Positions 1 through 13,536 of a DNA stretch of 64,000 nucleotides are shown here, one piece after another. The stretch's first letter is position 1. Each line of letters starts with the position of its first letter. The DNA comes from Podarcis cretensis (Eukaryota). A program made the position numbers and the translations under genes. The notes beneath the pieces were generated by a model. The model was given only the letters and a program-made list of their open reading frames with translations. It made no database searches and had not been told where the DNA came from. Location of the stretch: the NCBI GenBank assembly GCA_951804945.1, contig OX638155.1, forward strand, positions 43,586,001 to 43,650,000, written 5' to 3'.

Positions 1-1294
1 CTAGTTTTGACTAAGGATCCAACTGAATGCATTTCCTGTCAAAAGCTGTGACTCTTAATATGAGATAGGCAAAACCTCCAGACATGCCCCATTTGCCTGC
101 AAGCAAAGTCCTCCCTGGCCCTGAATATGGTGACCAATTAATTCCACAGCAAGGTTGTGCTACAGAACTGTCTGCCTACTTTCAGGCACAGCCAAGAGAT
201 ATGGGGGGTGGGGGGTGGCATCCATTTCCAACTGTGCTGCTCACTCACAGCGCAGCTGGAATTTATACTATAGAGATGTATCTGAGAGAAGACTAGCTCC
301 CCCAGTTCTGTCTCCCTAAACCACGTCCACTGAACCAGCCACAACTGGCCAATCTGAAGTTCATTTTTTGGCGATTTGACGCAGAAGACCCCCAAGTGGC
401 CAATGCTGTTAGTGCCAATGCTGTTAGTGCCACAGCCATGCCAAGCTACAATCACTACCACTGGAAAAAACAGTAAGCCGTCTGTATCAAGGAATCTTGT
501 TCAGTAATTACTGTGGTTCTAGTGCATCTATCTGTAAAAATAAATAAATCTCTAGATGTGGGATTCTGGGGAATATTTAAAGAAATCCAATTACTGCCCC
601 AGTGAAGTTCATAATGGATTCTTCTAAAAAGCAGGAATTGGAAGTCACTGAGCATACCAGAATGAGTTTGCACTATGTTTACCCCCTGTTTCCTGGAAGG
701 TAGAGAGCAATCAGATGAATCAATATTTATAAAAACAAGACAAAAAAATCCTCAGGCTTTTAAAGTTTCTTGGTTGTTTTTTCTGGGTAAAAGAGCATGG
801 AAGGGACTCCTTTATTCTTTCCTTTGTAATGTAATTTAATGTGGCAGATGCTTTTACCCAATGTTGGAGCCACAGCTGGGAATGGTCATGTATGCTTTCT
901 GGACTATATAATGCAAGCCAGTAATCTGTATCTATCAGTCATCAGTCACCTACTTCAAAATCAGTTTCATATGACCTATATAAATACATAAGGGAGCTTC
1001 GACTGTTCCAGTTTCACAAAACTTTCCTGAATTCAATGGAAGCAAATTTTGTGCCCTGTGAGTTGGTGGTACATTTTATTGGCTTCTAAAGCAATCATCC
1101 ACAATGTGTGACCCAGCAAACCCAAAATTATCACCAGGATACATATGATGGCCTAGTAAATGTTTCACTTGCCTTCTAGTAATGGTGGAACAGTGAAATT
1201 GTCAGCACCAGGCAAGCCACACAAGACTGCTGGGCTCCATATGGCTTAGTGGGTCAGACATTGTGCAGGCATGTTCTAAATGCTACAGAAATGT

Positions 1295-1620
1295 GATTAC
1301 CCTTTTTTTGGAAGGAGCTATAAAAGAATATTTGAATCAAAAGGTTTGAGATATACGTAGTCTTGGTTGAAAAATTGACAAATAAAATTGGCTTGGGGGA
1401 CTAAAAAGAGGGATAGATTGGATCAGAATGGTTTGATTTTGTACTGCATGTTAGTAAGAAAATGAATGTTGTAATGCCTCCATCTAATTATACTATTCTG
1501 TAGAACTCATAGCTGTTTATTTTTTTGGTGTCGTGACATTTCTGCTGTACTTTGAAGAGAGTAATTATTGTGTGATTCTTGCCATGCCTGTTAGTTTCTG
1601 CAACAGAGTTTAATTTACGT
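1295..1620 (+). mobile_element. Old L1 3' remnant
   Basis: Fragments read ..EKLTNKI.. and ..SEWFDFVLHV.., resembling squamate L1 ORF2 C-termini, followed by a T-rich 3' UTR; bounds approximate. Confidence 0.4.
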
Positions 1621-2989
1621 TTTAGGTTCAAATTTTATTTATGCCTTAAGGTATGTTTTTTGCCTCTGTTTGGCCCTCAGGACTCTGCCTGGACTACCTC
1701 TCCCTACCCTGCTCTGTGTCGTCTTCTACTGACTTTACCTTGCTGTAATGTATTATTGAACTGTGACAATACCTCTTGCTAGGCTGAATAGAGGATATAG
1801 TCCACAGTATATGGCTCACAGAAGGTTGCCTATGGTGGAATGTGGCTTTCAGGCTGAAATAGGTTCCCTGCTCCAATATAAATCTGTCGCAGGACAAAGA
1901 CGTAAACAATTCTTGTCCTCAATTTCACCACAAAGATAGTAATACTTAAATGATCCCCTGGTGGAGGAAAATGGCTGATCATCGTGTTTCTAAGCAGATG
2001 TCCTTGAAAATAGTGTGCACATTAATACAGGATATTCGTGCAGTTTAAAACTCAGGATCAAAGCAGAAAACACTTCAAAGAAGCCACTAGATATATCCTT
2101 GCAGATACTGGGAGAACAACCTTTCCTAGCCTGATGGCTCACTCAAAGTCCAGGATGATCACTTAATGCTTCCTTAATTATAAGTAACCAATGGCAGCTT
2201 CCTCCTGATAACTAGGCATCTCTGTCTAGCTGCTGGTATATGATTAACATCAGAGTTTGAAGAACATGACATCCCTCTAGCTAAGAAGAAGGCAAAGAAA
2301 TACTACAGAGCCAGATTTCAGTTTCCATTTGGAGAACAGAGAGCTGTGATTTTCCTGTTAGTTCCTTAAAAAGCAGGGTGAGTGGAAGGGCGGTTCAGGG
2401 AATATGATGCAAAACCAGCAGATGTGCTGCTGCTGTATATTTGTTACTAAATGTTATGAAGATATTATAGGTACTTCCAGACAGACACTATTTTCACGCA
2501 AGGTTCAATCACACATTGACAAAATCAGATTGTGCAACTGTAGTTCATTTGGTGCTCCAGCAAAAGAAATCTGCTTCCCCAAAAGATTAGGCATTTTGCA
2601 ATTAAAAAAAAAAAGTTATGAGGGAAGTGTGGGGTAACATCATCTAACGTCCCTGCAAACAAATGAGAATGAACACTTATTAAATAGCCAACGACTATTT
2701 CCCTGGAAACGTATCAGGATGAATCCTCAATAAACAGGTCATCTGGAGGTGCCTTCCAGTGCACTTTCCCACCCCAAGAAAACTATGACTATATATACAT
2801 TACCAGCTTAAAGCACAGTAAGATCTTGGGGGAGGGGTGCATTTCAAGTCACATTTGCATATTGTTATAAACATTGGTAAGGTCTGATGTGTTTCTAAGT
2901 CACCCACTGTCACTCCATGCCAATGGGTGGAGAGCAGGCAGGGATGCAACACTCCCTGGAACTCCTATTCATTAAGTTGTCATTTGTGC

Positions 2990-3435
2990 ATGTGCAAGCA
3001 CTGTGCCTTCAGCTTTCAGTTCAGATTAAAGCTGGTTTGAGGGATAATGCATCAAACAGCAATATTTCTCCAGAAACAACAGGATAGATATAGATTGTGG
3101 CTATACAGTCATACCTCGGGTTGAATGTGCTTCAGGATGAGCGCATTTGAGTTGCACTCCGCGGCAACCCGGAAGTAATGGAGCGCGTTACTTCTGGGTT
3201 TCACCGCTTGAGCATGCGCAGACGTTCAAAATGTCATCACACACATGCGCAGAAGTGGCGAAAAGTGACGCGCATGTGCACAGACGTGCCGTCACTGGTT
3301 ATGTTTGCTTCTAGATGCGAACAGGGCTCTGGAACTGATCCCGTTCGCATCTAGAGGTACCACTGTACATGGCTTCAAAAACCAGTGTTAGGAATGCACT
3401 GGATGCAGAGTAAATGGTAATGACAAAAGCCAGTC
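2990..3435 (+). mobile_element. Old MITE family B, interrupted by Tc1/mariner MITE
   Basis: CAGGATAGATATAGATTGTGGCTA before the insertion and CACTGGATGCAGAGTAAAT after it; bounds approximate. Confidence 0.65.
3106..3365. mobile_element. Tc1/mariner (Tigger-like) MITE
   Basis: TA-flanked, TIRs CAGTCATACCTCGG / TAGAGGTACCACTG; nested in an older MITE. Confidence 0.85.
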
Positions 3436-3486
3436 ATTCCCCATTAGAAATCCTCACTGTTCTTAAGCAGGGAAACACACACCAAT

Positions 3487-3623
3487 ATCATAGGATCATA
3501 GAGTTGGAAGGGATCCCATGGATCATCTAGTCCAACCCCCTGCAATGCAGGAATATGCACCCCTAGGGGATCAAACCCATGACCTTGGCATTATCAGCAC
3601 CACGCTCTAATCAACTGAGCTAT
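3487..3623 (-). mobile_element. tRNA-head/CR1-tail SINE (Squam2/POM-like)
   Basis: Minus strand has a TAGCTCAGTTG..GTGCTGATAA..GGTTTGATCCC head followed by the CR1-type tail CTTCCAACTCTATGATCCTATGAT. Confidence 0.8.
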
Positions 3624-4382
3624 GCAAATATAAACAGTTATCCAAACTCTTGGTGAGAACTGCAGAAACTAATGCCATTTGTAAACACTGCTTACCCCAT
3701 TATACTACCTCAAAACACGCCCCCCCCCCTAATTTACAGCAACTGTGATACTTACTGATGGCCTGCTAAGTTTTGTTGCTTCTGCTTATAAGTCTTCCGG
3801 TATGCTTAGGTAATCCCTTTCAAAATAGATAAGAAATTGGTTCAGTTCAAAATGTGTGACACTGACACATACTGAGTGGGTACAGAGGCCAGGCGAACAA
3901 ATCCAAACACCTTTTATCTTATTCTGTGGTAAGCTGAGGTAAAGTTTTATCTCATTTTAGCCAAGACAAATATTTCTATCCCTAGAGGATCTGAGTTTCA
4001 TCAGTGGAGCAATGTAACATGACAAGCCATGCCTTTCTGGAAATTTGCTTCTTTGCCTAGGGTGCTTTGTGAGGCACACAGCCAAAAAAGACTTCAGCTA
4101 CTCCAGGACTGCACTAATGTATCCAAATGTGCCTGGAGAGTTTTCAAACTCTCATGTAATAGATGTTCAAAACAAAAAACACCCCACACCCCCAAAATGA
4201 GGTGGGGTTTGGTAGGGGAAGGCTATGTAAAGAGAAGTATCTGTGTGCCTTGTTTGTACTCAAGAAACACCAGTTGGGCATAATGGGGGCGGAACTGGGC
4301 AAAACAGGGGTGGGGCAGAACAAGGTAGGGCAGTTTATGCACGTTCCGCCAGGAACGCGACCCCCATGCAAATCAGGGGTTG

Positions 4383-4383
<1 letters not shown>

Positions 4384-4416
<33 letters not shown>

Positions 4417-4426
4417 GTGTGTGTGT
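4384..4426 (+). repeat. (CT)n + (GT)n microsatellite
   Basis: Direct reading. Confidence 0.95.
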
Positions 4427-5249
4427 AACATAATGGCCATTGCTAACTCAAAGGTGCAATAGCAGGGTACCACATACAAAGTAAGGTAAGAAAGAAGCAA
4501 AAGATAATAAGAGGAACATGTGGTAACACACAAATATAAATCAAAACACCCATATTTCTCGAGTTGGTGTAGATGGTGAATGTTGAACAGCTAAGTCTGA
4601 AGCATAATAAATAAAATGCCACCAGATAACGTAAAAGTACTCTGGGTTTTCCATCCTCTTGGAGACACAATTTATGTGTCATTTTTTTCTGTAATAGCAA
4701 AAATCTATAAATTTTTATAACACAAAGACAAATGTAGATTTTTCAAGGTTTTCCATTGTTGGGTGGTTGAAATCCTGGTTGCAGCTAGCCTTCATGTAAA
4801 AAGTTATTTAGAGTGATAGGCAATCATGTTATAAGTCCACATATTCAGTAATGACATCTGTTGGTAAAACAATTTTTATACCATGTGCAGGATGACAGAA
4901 ACACTGCAGGAGTGGAGAGTCTACTTTAGAACTCCCTGAAAAGTTGTATCAATGCTCAGTTTGCATGGCAAGTGGGCCATGCTGGAAGCAGCATAAGAGC
5001 CCAAACATCTACACATATTTATTCTAGATAAGGGATGTCTCTTTAACTGTCCTGGTTTAACTAGCTACATAGTCTTCTGGTATGGTAGAGCCAACCTAGC
5101 TTGTAAAGCATATCTCTGGCAAGATTGATGAGATATAGGGTCCATCTTGGGACTCAGCTGCTCACCATGACAAACCAGATATAGAAGTTCTACTTATCAC
5201 ATCATCACTTTAACTGTAAGGGCAGCTGTTAAAAATGACTTCATTGTAA

Positions 5250-5690
5250 CAACAGAAGAAGAGCCCTGCTGGATCAAACCAAAGGTCCATGCTCTTTCCC
5301 ATAGCGGCCAGCTAGATGTCTCTGGGAAACTCACAAGCAGCACATGAGGGCAATAGCCTGCTCCCACTGCTGCTCTCCAGAAACTGGGACAGAGGGGAAT
5401 CCTGACTGGAACATTTCCATACAGCCATCATGACTAAGAGTCAGTGATAGACTTTATCCTGTTATTGATTTATCTAATCCAGTTTTAAAGCCATCTGAGC
5501 TACTAGTCATCTTCACATTTTGTGGCAGCAAATTCCTTTAAGCTAACCATCTGTTATGTAAAGATTGTTCTGAATCTATGGCCAAGTAATTTCACTGGAA
5601 GAATCTGAGTTCTAGTAGGATGACAGATAGAAAAACTTCTCTGTCCACTTTCTTCACTCCGTGCATAATGTTATAAACTTCATAAACATC
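5250..5690 (-). mobile_element. Old CR1 LINE 3' fragment
   Basis: AGAGCCCTGCTGGATCAAACCAAAGGTCCAT, TCTAATCCAGTTTTAAAGCCATC and TGTGGCAGCAAATTCC, typical of CR1 3' regions; bounds approximate. Confidence 0.65.
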
Positions 5691-6055
5691 CTTTCTCATG
5701 CTATGCTTCTCAGTGCCCAGACCCTAAGGATGAGGTCAAGAAAACATCTCCTGTCTCCACAAAGTCCTCCCTGCCCCCAGTCTCGCCAAACCTCACAAGA
5801 GTAAAGTCATTTAGGAACCAACAGGAAAGGCTGTCTAGCAGCAGAGAATCCATTTATCAGCCAGATCTGAGGTGTGTGGGTGTGTACTGGGGCTCATTTA
5901 ATAAAGGAGCATCAATTTCTGAACTGAGGGAGACCACATTCTAAATCTCTATAACAAAAATGCAAATAAAAGAAAACAGCTCTTTTTGTGTTTTTTACCC
6001 TTATTTGTATGTCACATGGAGCTGCGCCCTTAGCTGCTCACATGGCTGCAGATTT

Positions 6056-6095
<40 letters not shown>
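6056..6095 (+). repeat. (TTAG)10 microsatellite
   Basis: Direct reading. Confidence 0.95.
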
Positions 6096-6097
<2 letters not shown>

Positions 6098-7415
6098 GTT
6101 TGGGTGGAAAGCCTGCCCTTCTGTTGTTACACAATACAAATGGCGGCAGAGATTTTACATAGATTCCTATCTGTTGTTGTTTAAAGTCCTTCTACTATGA
6201 TTTGCTTTCTTTCCCTCTTTCCAGCAGATATCAATGACAATTTAATGTCAATTTCCAGAAGGGTAATAGTGTCAGGTTCTCTGTCTTTTGGAACTCAGAG
6301 ATGATGTTGACATAGCTATGAGCAAAACACAGTTTTGAAGGTTCAAAGCAGATTCTGCAAAACGAAATCTGATGTAGCCAAATGCCACAAGGAGGAATTA
6401 TTTTAGCACCTTTTTCTTTTTGTTGCTGTTGGCTTTGGGGAAACATTATTGTACTGAGAGACATGGCATGTTACAGTTTGCCTGTAAGCTCTTCTCAAGT
6501 AAGGAATAAGAACTGAACACACAAGTTCCAAACTAAACATGGATTGCTTTCAACATCCATTCTAATGAGTCCTCTTACTTAAAAGCAGACAGTTGATCAC
6601 AAACAATTTAGACAACGCAAGCCTGATTGCTTTTTAGATATGAGGGGGAAGGCAACAGGATTCTCTTCCCTACTGTTATCAAGAAATCAGCATAAGTCAG
6701 TCAATAGAGTTTACAGGGTTTACAGTACATAAAGGATGTGCCTTTGATGATGGCTGAGTGTGCATTCTCAGCATGTTAAGAAAGAAGAAAGATCAGTTCC
6801 CAAAACTGTAATCAGGAATAAATTTTCCTGGAAAATAAGATCTGTAAATCATTGAGGTGGTTTTTTGTGCTCACCTTTTGGTGAACAACAACATGGGATG
6901 GAGTTGTCTCAGTGAATCTAACAATTATTGTGGATTTAAAAAAAAATAACAATTAAAAATATTAATTACATTTATTTATTTTCCACCTTTCTCTAGGGAG
7001 TTCAGGGTAGCTTATGTAGTCTCCCCATTCATTCTCACAACAACCCTGTGAGCTGGGTTAGGTGCATAGGAAGCTGCCTTATCAGACCATTAGTCCACCT
7101 AGCTCAATATTGTCCACAATGACTGGCAGCAATTGTCCATTTTCACAGTTCTTGTGGTTGGAGAGTTCCTGGCATCCTTGAAAAGGCCATGTCCAGGAGG
7201 AAGAGGGTAGAGACAGAGGCTGACCATAGAACCTGTTAAAACCTGCTTTCTGAGAAACTAAGCCCTTGAGTCTAACTGAAGACTGACCTCAAGGGTTTTC
7301 CCCCACTTTGAGGCCCATGTCTATGCTTAATGTTAATTAGTAATGGAGCAGTACATGCTTGTGTGTGACCAATAGTAGTTGTGATCACACATTTTTCACA
7401 TGTAACGATGTATTA

Positions 7416-7780
7416 AAGGTAAAGGTAAAGGTAAAGGTACCCCTGCCCGTACGGGCCAGTCTTGACAGACTCTGGGGTTGTGCGCCCATCTCACTTAAGA
7501 GGCCAGGGGCCAGCGCTGTCCGGAGACACTTCCGGGTCACGTGGCCAGCGTGACAAAGCTGCTCTGGCCAGAGCCAGAGCCAGAGCCGCACACGGAAACG
7601 CCGCTGGTAAGCGGTCCCTATTTATCTGCTTGCACCCGGAGGTGCTTTCGAACTGCTAGGTTGGCAGGCGCTGGGACCGAGCAGCGGGAGCGCACCCCGC
7701 CGCAGGGATTCGAACCGCCGACCTTTCGATCGGCAAGCCCTAGGCGCTGAGGCTTTAACCCACAGCGCCACCTGCGTCCC
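7416..7780 (-). mobile_element. Full-length Sauria SINE
   Basis: tRNA-derived head with B box GGTTCGAATCC, (ACCTTT)n tail, 12-bp TSD AACGATGTATTA (7404-7415, 7781-7792). Confidence 0.95.
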
Positions 7781-9054
7781 AACGATGTATTAGAACCATA
7801 TAAATATTTTCTGTGCACTTCAAGGAGCTGAACAGATTCTTTGGGTGTCAACCTACTCTGTGCCATCTGCTATAGTTGAATAAACAGTTTGAGCTTTCCT
7901 CCTCACTGTGTTCATTGGCTACGTTCACCCCACTCAGCTGAACACTTGTCCACTACAGTACCCTTGGAGCTGCTGTATGTGGAGAAATAAAGGAAAGTCA
8001 CACTGTACACTGGAATCAGAGGCACGATAATGTGAAGAACACAAGATAGTCACGTGTGCTGGGCCTCAGAATAATTAAAAGAGGCTGGAACTTCAGACCT
8101 TTCCCATGCTCCTTCAAATTCTATGATTCTAAGATTCTAAATTGTGTCCTGAAACAACAATTGACAAACAACACCAATTACAAACACATGTCCTGGGACA
8201 GACCAAGCAAAAAGAAATCTGGGGATGACATTTGTTGAGTAATGAACACTGTCACTAATGAAAGGATTGCTGCATCTTCTGTTTTATGCTAATATATTTC
8301 CTAAGCAGAAGAAGCCAATTTTCTCATAGAAGTGGCAAATGGAACCTATTAGGCTCAATAACAGCAAGGAACATTGTGGAACCAAAAGACAGGACAGCTA
8401 GCGTGGGAACAATTTTTGGACCAAACAGATCAAGGCTTTCAAATGCATGCATAGAAAGTGCCTTACACAACAAGGTTTTCTTTCCAACGCAGCACTGCCT
8501 TAGGAGTGTACTAATTAATGCATGTCAGTTCAGAAAACAATGCCCAATAATTTTTTGAGATTTAGAAACGATCTAAGTATGCATTAAGAAATGCTTTGTC
8601 TAAGTTGCCAAAAACTGAATTAGGACAAATTAATGTTGATCACAGGCATTTAGACTTACAAGCTGTAGAACTGTCTAGTGAAGATTATGCGGGAGTTCCT
8701 GTACCTAACATATAGCAGGGAATAGCTCAAGAGCCAGGGCTAGACCTCTGTGATTTGGTTTTTAAACCCTGTTCTATTTCAGAGAGGTAGCAGTGCTAGT
8801 TTGCCACAGTAAACACAGCAAAAGAGACTGGGGTGCCTTAATATTAACAGATTTCTTGTGCAATGAGCTTTTGGAGGCTGGAGCCTTGATAAAGTAGACC
8901 TGGCAAAGCAGTCTCCAGTCTCTTATGGCACAATGAATCTGTTGGCTTTTACGGTACCCCAAGCCTCTTTTGCTCTGTGTTTTCTGCTCTATACAGTTCT
9001 TTAGGGTACAAGAGTCATTTCAACGTGACAGCCATTAACAGCTTAGGTACTGCA

Positions 9055-9232
9055 TTTCCGTGCACTGCTCTGATTTCACCAGAAGCAGCTTAGTCATGCT
9101 GACCACATGACCCAGAAAAACTGTCTGCAGACAAACGTCGGCTCCCTCGACCAGTAAAACGAGATGAGCGCCGCAACCCCAGAGTTGTTTGCAAGTGGAC
9201 TTAACTGTCAGGGGTCCTTTACCTTTACCTTT
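9055..9232 (+). mobile_element. 5'-truncated Sauria SINE
   Basis: GCTTAGTCATGCTGACCACATGACC body with CCTTTACCTTTACCTTT tail; left bound approximate. Confidence 0.85.
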
Positions 9233-11209
9233 GCAGGTTTAGTAGCAATGCCATGAAGGGAGAAGCTTCACTTCTGGAGCGTTTTCTACCTTGCACCTGT
9301 TAAAAGGCAGGCGACTCCCATAAGGAGGGAGGGAGTCTCACAGGGAGAGATGTATTGTGGTCACTGCAGCTTGTACATGCACATCAGTCTTTTGGCATGA
9401 CTGCTCTTGCTTTGGGCTGATAGTTTGTAATAAAGCTATATAATACACACAAGTAATGCATTAGAGTTCCACAAACCATAAATCTTCAAAGCAAGTAATC
9501 CAGGGGGTAAAAGTCTGCCTGCCTCCTCTAAGATGCCTTTTGGCTGCTCAGAGACTGTTTACATTCCATTCACTGTGTCTGTATTTACTTTCCCATATTT
9601 TCAGTTCTCTTTTCTGAATCTTAGCTGAGAGCACTGACAATCCCACACTGCACACACACCCCTGATAAAAGGCAAATACTGCTGATTTCTATTCCTCAAA
9701 AGAGCAGCCGGTGTATGCTAAATCTGAAGTCTTCATTCTTGTTTGCGTTCTTGTTTACATTCCTTTTAGTGAGAAAGATCGCCCCCCCCCAAAAAAAAAG
9801 AAAGACTGTAAAGGTCAACGAGTTCTTTGCATTTCAAGAACAATGTCATCATGCCAGGTGTGGTTGTCTATATTAGAAATGTGTTTGTGTGCTCACACAC
9901 AAAGTGTGTGTGTGTGTGGTACACATACACACTCTATAACTGAAAAATTGGCCCTCTTGGGACAGTTCCCCATATATATCCGGTCCAGAACAGCTGCTTG
10001 TGCTCCTCTCCTAGCCCATCACATTGGACCCATTCACATAGTCATAAAGTCAACACTTTTCAATAGATGAAACCAGGCTCATTTAATGCATGTCTCAGAT
10101 TACAACTCATCACATTCTTGCAGGGAGGGTAAAACTTTGCAAAGTATGCTGAATCCAGGCAATACATTTATAATCTGAGCACATCTTTCTGAACTTACAT
10201 TACACACAAAGTAGGAGTGGCTGAGGGTAAGGAGTGCAGTAATAGCTATCACTTTTTCAAACAGTCCGGTGGACAAAATGTTAAAACTAAACTCAAGGGA
10301 ACACAGGCTAAAGTCCTTTAGTAAGCCCATCTTAGCCATAGTTCTATGTTTTAAAATGTGATCATAATATATATGTGAAGTGGACTCCACACATAAGAAA
10401 TGGACATGGGCCCATATTGTGGCCCCTGTTGCTGTCCTGGGAAGAAATTCAGTGTTGTGTATTTCTGTTGGCCAGACAGAATGATCCTCCATCTCCTCAC
10501 CCTCATGCACTATTATAGGGGTCTGCCCTACAGAGTAGACTTGGGGGAGGTATTGTTATAGGAAAATTTAAGCTCACTTGGATTTGCCAAACAAAGACAC
10601 CAGCCAAGAGTATTGGAGCAAAACAGCAGCCTGTAGGAACTGTTGCAATAGGACTTCCAACTACCATATGGAAGAAGCAGGAAGAAGCCCTGAACAAAGG
10701 ATGGCTCCTTTTTTATATAAGTTTCCCTTTTTACCCACAATACCCTTAGTGAAACATCACACATACATCATATATACATCACAGCTATGTCATAATATGG
10801 GAAGGGTCTTCTGGCAGAAACCTGAGTATCAAGTTTGCCCCCATCCCTCTCTTGATCTCCACCTCACACACATTAAGTAGAACAAAGGCGAGTATGTACA
10901 TGTTCCTGTTCTCACTGTCAAGTTAAGCACACCCCTTTGTCTTGACCAAGATACTAATAAACTGTGGTTGGGTTTACTATTGTTTCTGGAATGGCTACCT
11001 GTCTGGCACTCAGGGGCCAGGATGCCAGCAATTATCATCTAGGCAAGAAGGCTGCTGAGTATGTGGTCTCAGGCTTGGGGGATGGTGGCTGCCCCTGCCC
11101 ACGTCCCAGGCTCCCCCCTTGGTAGCCATTCCTTTCCTGAACAGAACAAAGTTGGAACGGCACAAATCCGATACTGGAGCGATTTTATATGACTTTCTAA
11201 AGTTTTCCC

Positions 11210-11399
11210 TGATGTTGGGAAAGACTGAGGGCACAAGAAGAAGGGGATGACAGAGGATGAGATGGTTGGACAGTGTTCTTGAAGCTACTAACATGAGTCT
11301 GACCAAACTGCGGGAGGGAGTGGAAGACAGGAATGCCTGTCGTGCTCTGGTCCATGGGGTCACAAAGAGTCAGACATGACTAAACAACTAAACAACAAC
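11210..11399 (+). mobile_element. BovB (RTE) LINE 3' fragment
   Basis: Encodes LMLGKTEGTRRRG*QRMRWLDSV; (CAA)n tail; TSD AAAGTTTTCCC (11199-11209, 11400-11410). Confidence 0.92.
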
Positions 11400-11708
11400 A
11401 AAGTTTTCCCATTGAGCCAGCACATAGATTCATTTATCAGTGAATTGTTACATTTGGTAATGTGCAGCGATGGCCCTTTGAATAGAGATAGGAAAAAACT
11501 GTGTGATGAAGTGTTTTGTGGGAACATTTGCAGGAGTGATTGTGCTGATTTTGATAGTCAGGGGGGTGTATGATGTCTGCTGGAGGGGCAAACCTCCCCC
11601 CCCCAACCTTTCCATAAATTCTGGTAACAGTATATGGGGGGGGGGAGAGCCCTGCTGCACTAGTTGGAGCCCTTGTGCACCAGGTTAGTTGAATCCAAGA
11701 CCATGTAT

Positions 11709-11857
11709 TGAGTGTGGATGGCTGAGGAAGGAAAGCCTACACATGCTCAGCGCTCTACATGCATAGGCTATGATCTGGAATACCTGAGTGACTGGGGTTC
11801 CTGAGTACATAAAAGGTTATATGCATGACAGCTTTCCTTCTCAGAATTCCACATTCA
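11709..11857. repeat. Degenerate inverted repeat (probable old MITE core)
   Basis: TGAGTGTGGATGGCTGAGGAAGGAAAGC pairs with GCTTTCCTTCTCAGAATTCCACATTCA. Confidence 0.5.
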
Positions 11858-13511
11858 GCCTGTGGGCATCAGGGAGTGGGAACAGGGAGATATGAATGGC
11901 TCCCTCTGCAGGCATACAACACATGTAGGATGTCTTGATGGTCTTATTTATATTTTGATTATGTCAACCTTTTCTCTAATGTTTGCATTTTATCAATACG
12001 TATCAGTATTTTAGATGGTGCTTTGTAAACTGTTTAGAAGTTTTCTGTTGAGTAACCAGTATACAAATGCTGTTAAATTAAGACAAGTTAATACTGAAAT
12101 TCCTGTAATGTGGCAGCCTCTCTCTATAGCACTATCAATACTTCTGAGGATGACTATGGATATACAGTAATGAGAAATACTGTGTTACTTTATTACATCA
12201 AAAACTTTTTGGGAGATATCTAGGCAAAGCCTGGCTGGAGCTGTGTTGTTGTCAGGAATAATAAGTGGTCCCTATATATCAGGGTATGCAGTGACCTAAA
12301 TCCCTTTTACTATATCAGAATAGTGCCATAGTCTGGCCACAGCTTGTAATCATAATGGGAAAATCCTTCAGCTTTGGTTAGTTATGCCCTAGTCCTCTGA
12401 TTCATTAGTTGTTTACGGCAGGTTGTTAACAGCCCTAAGGATTGGCTTTAATCCCCAGCCAGAGTGTTTAAATACAATACATCATCAACAGGTAATCATT
12501 CACTTTGAAGTCTTTTGCTCCTTCTCCCTCCTCGAGGTGAAACCCAGGACTTTAAAGCACTGCAACAGATTATTTCCATCAAAGCATAAAAATTAATAAC
12601 GCAAATGTCAAGAAGTTAATTTGCTTCCCTTAAACACAAAAGATGGCAAAACCTTTTTCTTCCTTTTGATTTCCACTGCAGCCTTTTAAAGTTTCTGATG
12701 TTGTTTGTAGTGACAGTGTGGGTGTTCCCCCCCTCCCACTTTCTTACTCAAGATGCATGTGTTGAAATTCAGCAATACCTTATGGCACTCATCCCAAGTT
12801 TTTTACTTCATGGAACCATCAATTATATTGTCTTTGATCAGTTCCCACCTTTTTATTCCAACGCTCAGACCATGATGTCCCTTTTTATCTCATGAGCTAT
12901 TTGTAGTACTGGTTCTACCATAATCTTTTTCTTTTATTTTTTAAAGTGATGGTTCAATCATAGAAGAACAAAACATATTTGGTTTTTAAAAGTTGGATTT
13001 TATTTTAACTCTGTTACAGATATATCAGATTTCATTAAAATTAATTATATTAATCACAAGCAGAAATAGTACAATACTGTACTTTAAATAACTAATGTCA
13101 TATAACTTAAAGTATATGTTTAATAAAGCAAATCTAAAGTTAAAATCCTATACATTCTTCCCTTTGGAGTAAGCTGTATTGAACTCATTGGACTAATTTC
13201 TGAGTAATCATGCATAGGATTGTGTTGTTATGAAACAAGTAACTGAAACTACTATAAATACATAATAAAACTCTCCAAATTACCGTACATTTCTTTTCAG
13301 GTTTATGTAAGTAAATGGTGTAGAACTGATTGTTTTTGCAGTGTGTGTGTGTGGGGGGGGGGGAAATCTCTTCAGTGCATTAGGATGAACAAGATAATTT
13401 CCTCCAAAAGTGAGAGTCATTTTTTCTCTCTTTAGCTCAATATAAAATTTATGAAAATGTTAAATATCCTCAGCATGATCCATATTTTCAGGGACAAAAA
13501 CAGTATTCCAA

Positions 13512-13536
13512 TATATATATATATATATATATATAT
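13512..13536 (+). repeat. (AT)n microsatellite
   Basis: Direct reading. Confidence 0.95.

Noticed and set aside
415-436. ER-stress element (CCAAT-N9-CCACG)
   Set aside because: Spacing is 10 nt and the second half is CCACA.
7690-7780. tRNA gene (also SINE heads near 3570-3623, 19880 and 35100)
   Set aside because: These are tRNA-derived SINE heads attached to LINE-type tails, not complete cloverleaves.
10100-10510. 136-aa minus-strand ORF as a host gene
   Set aside because: No recognisable domain or splice context; length is compatible with chance.
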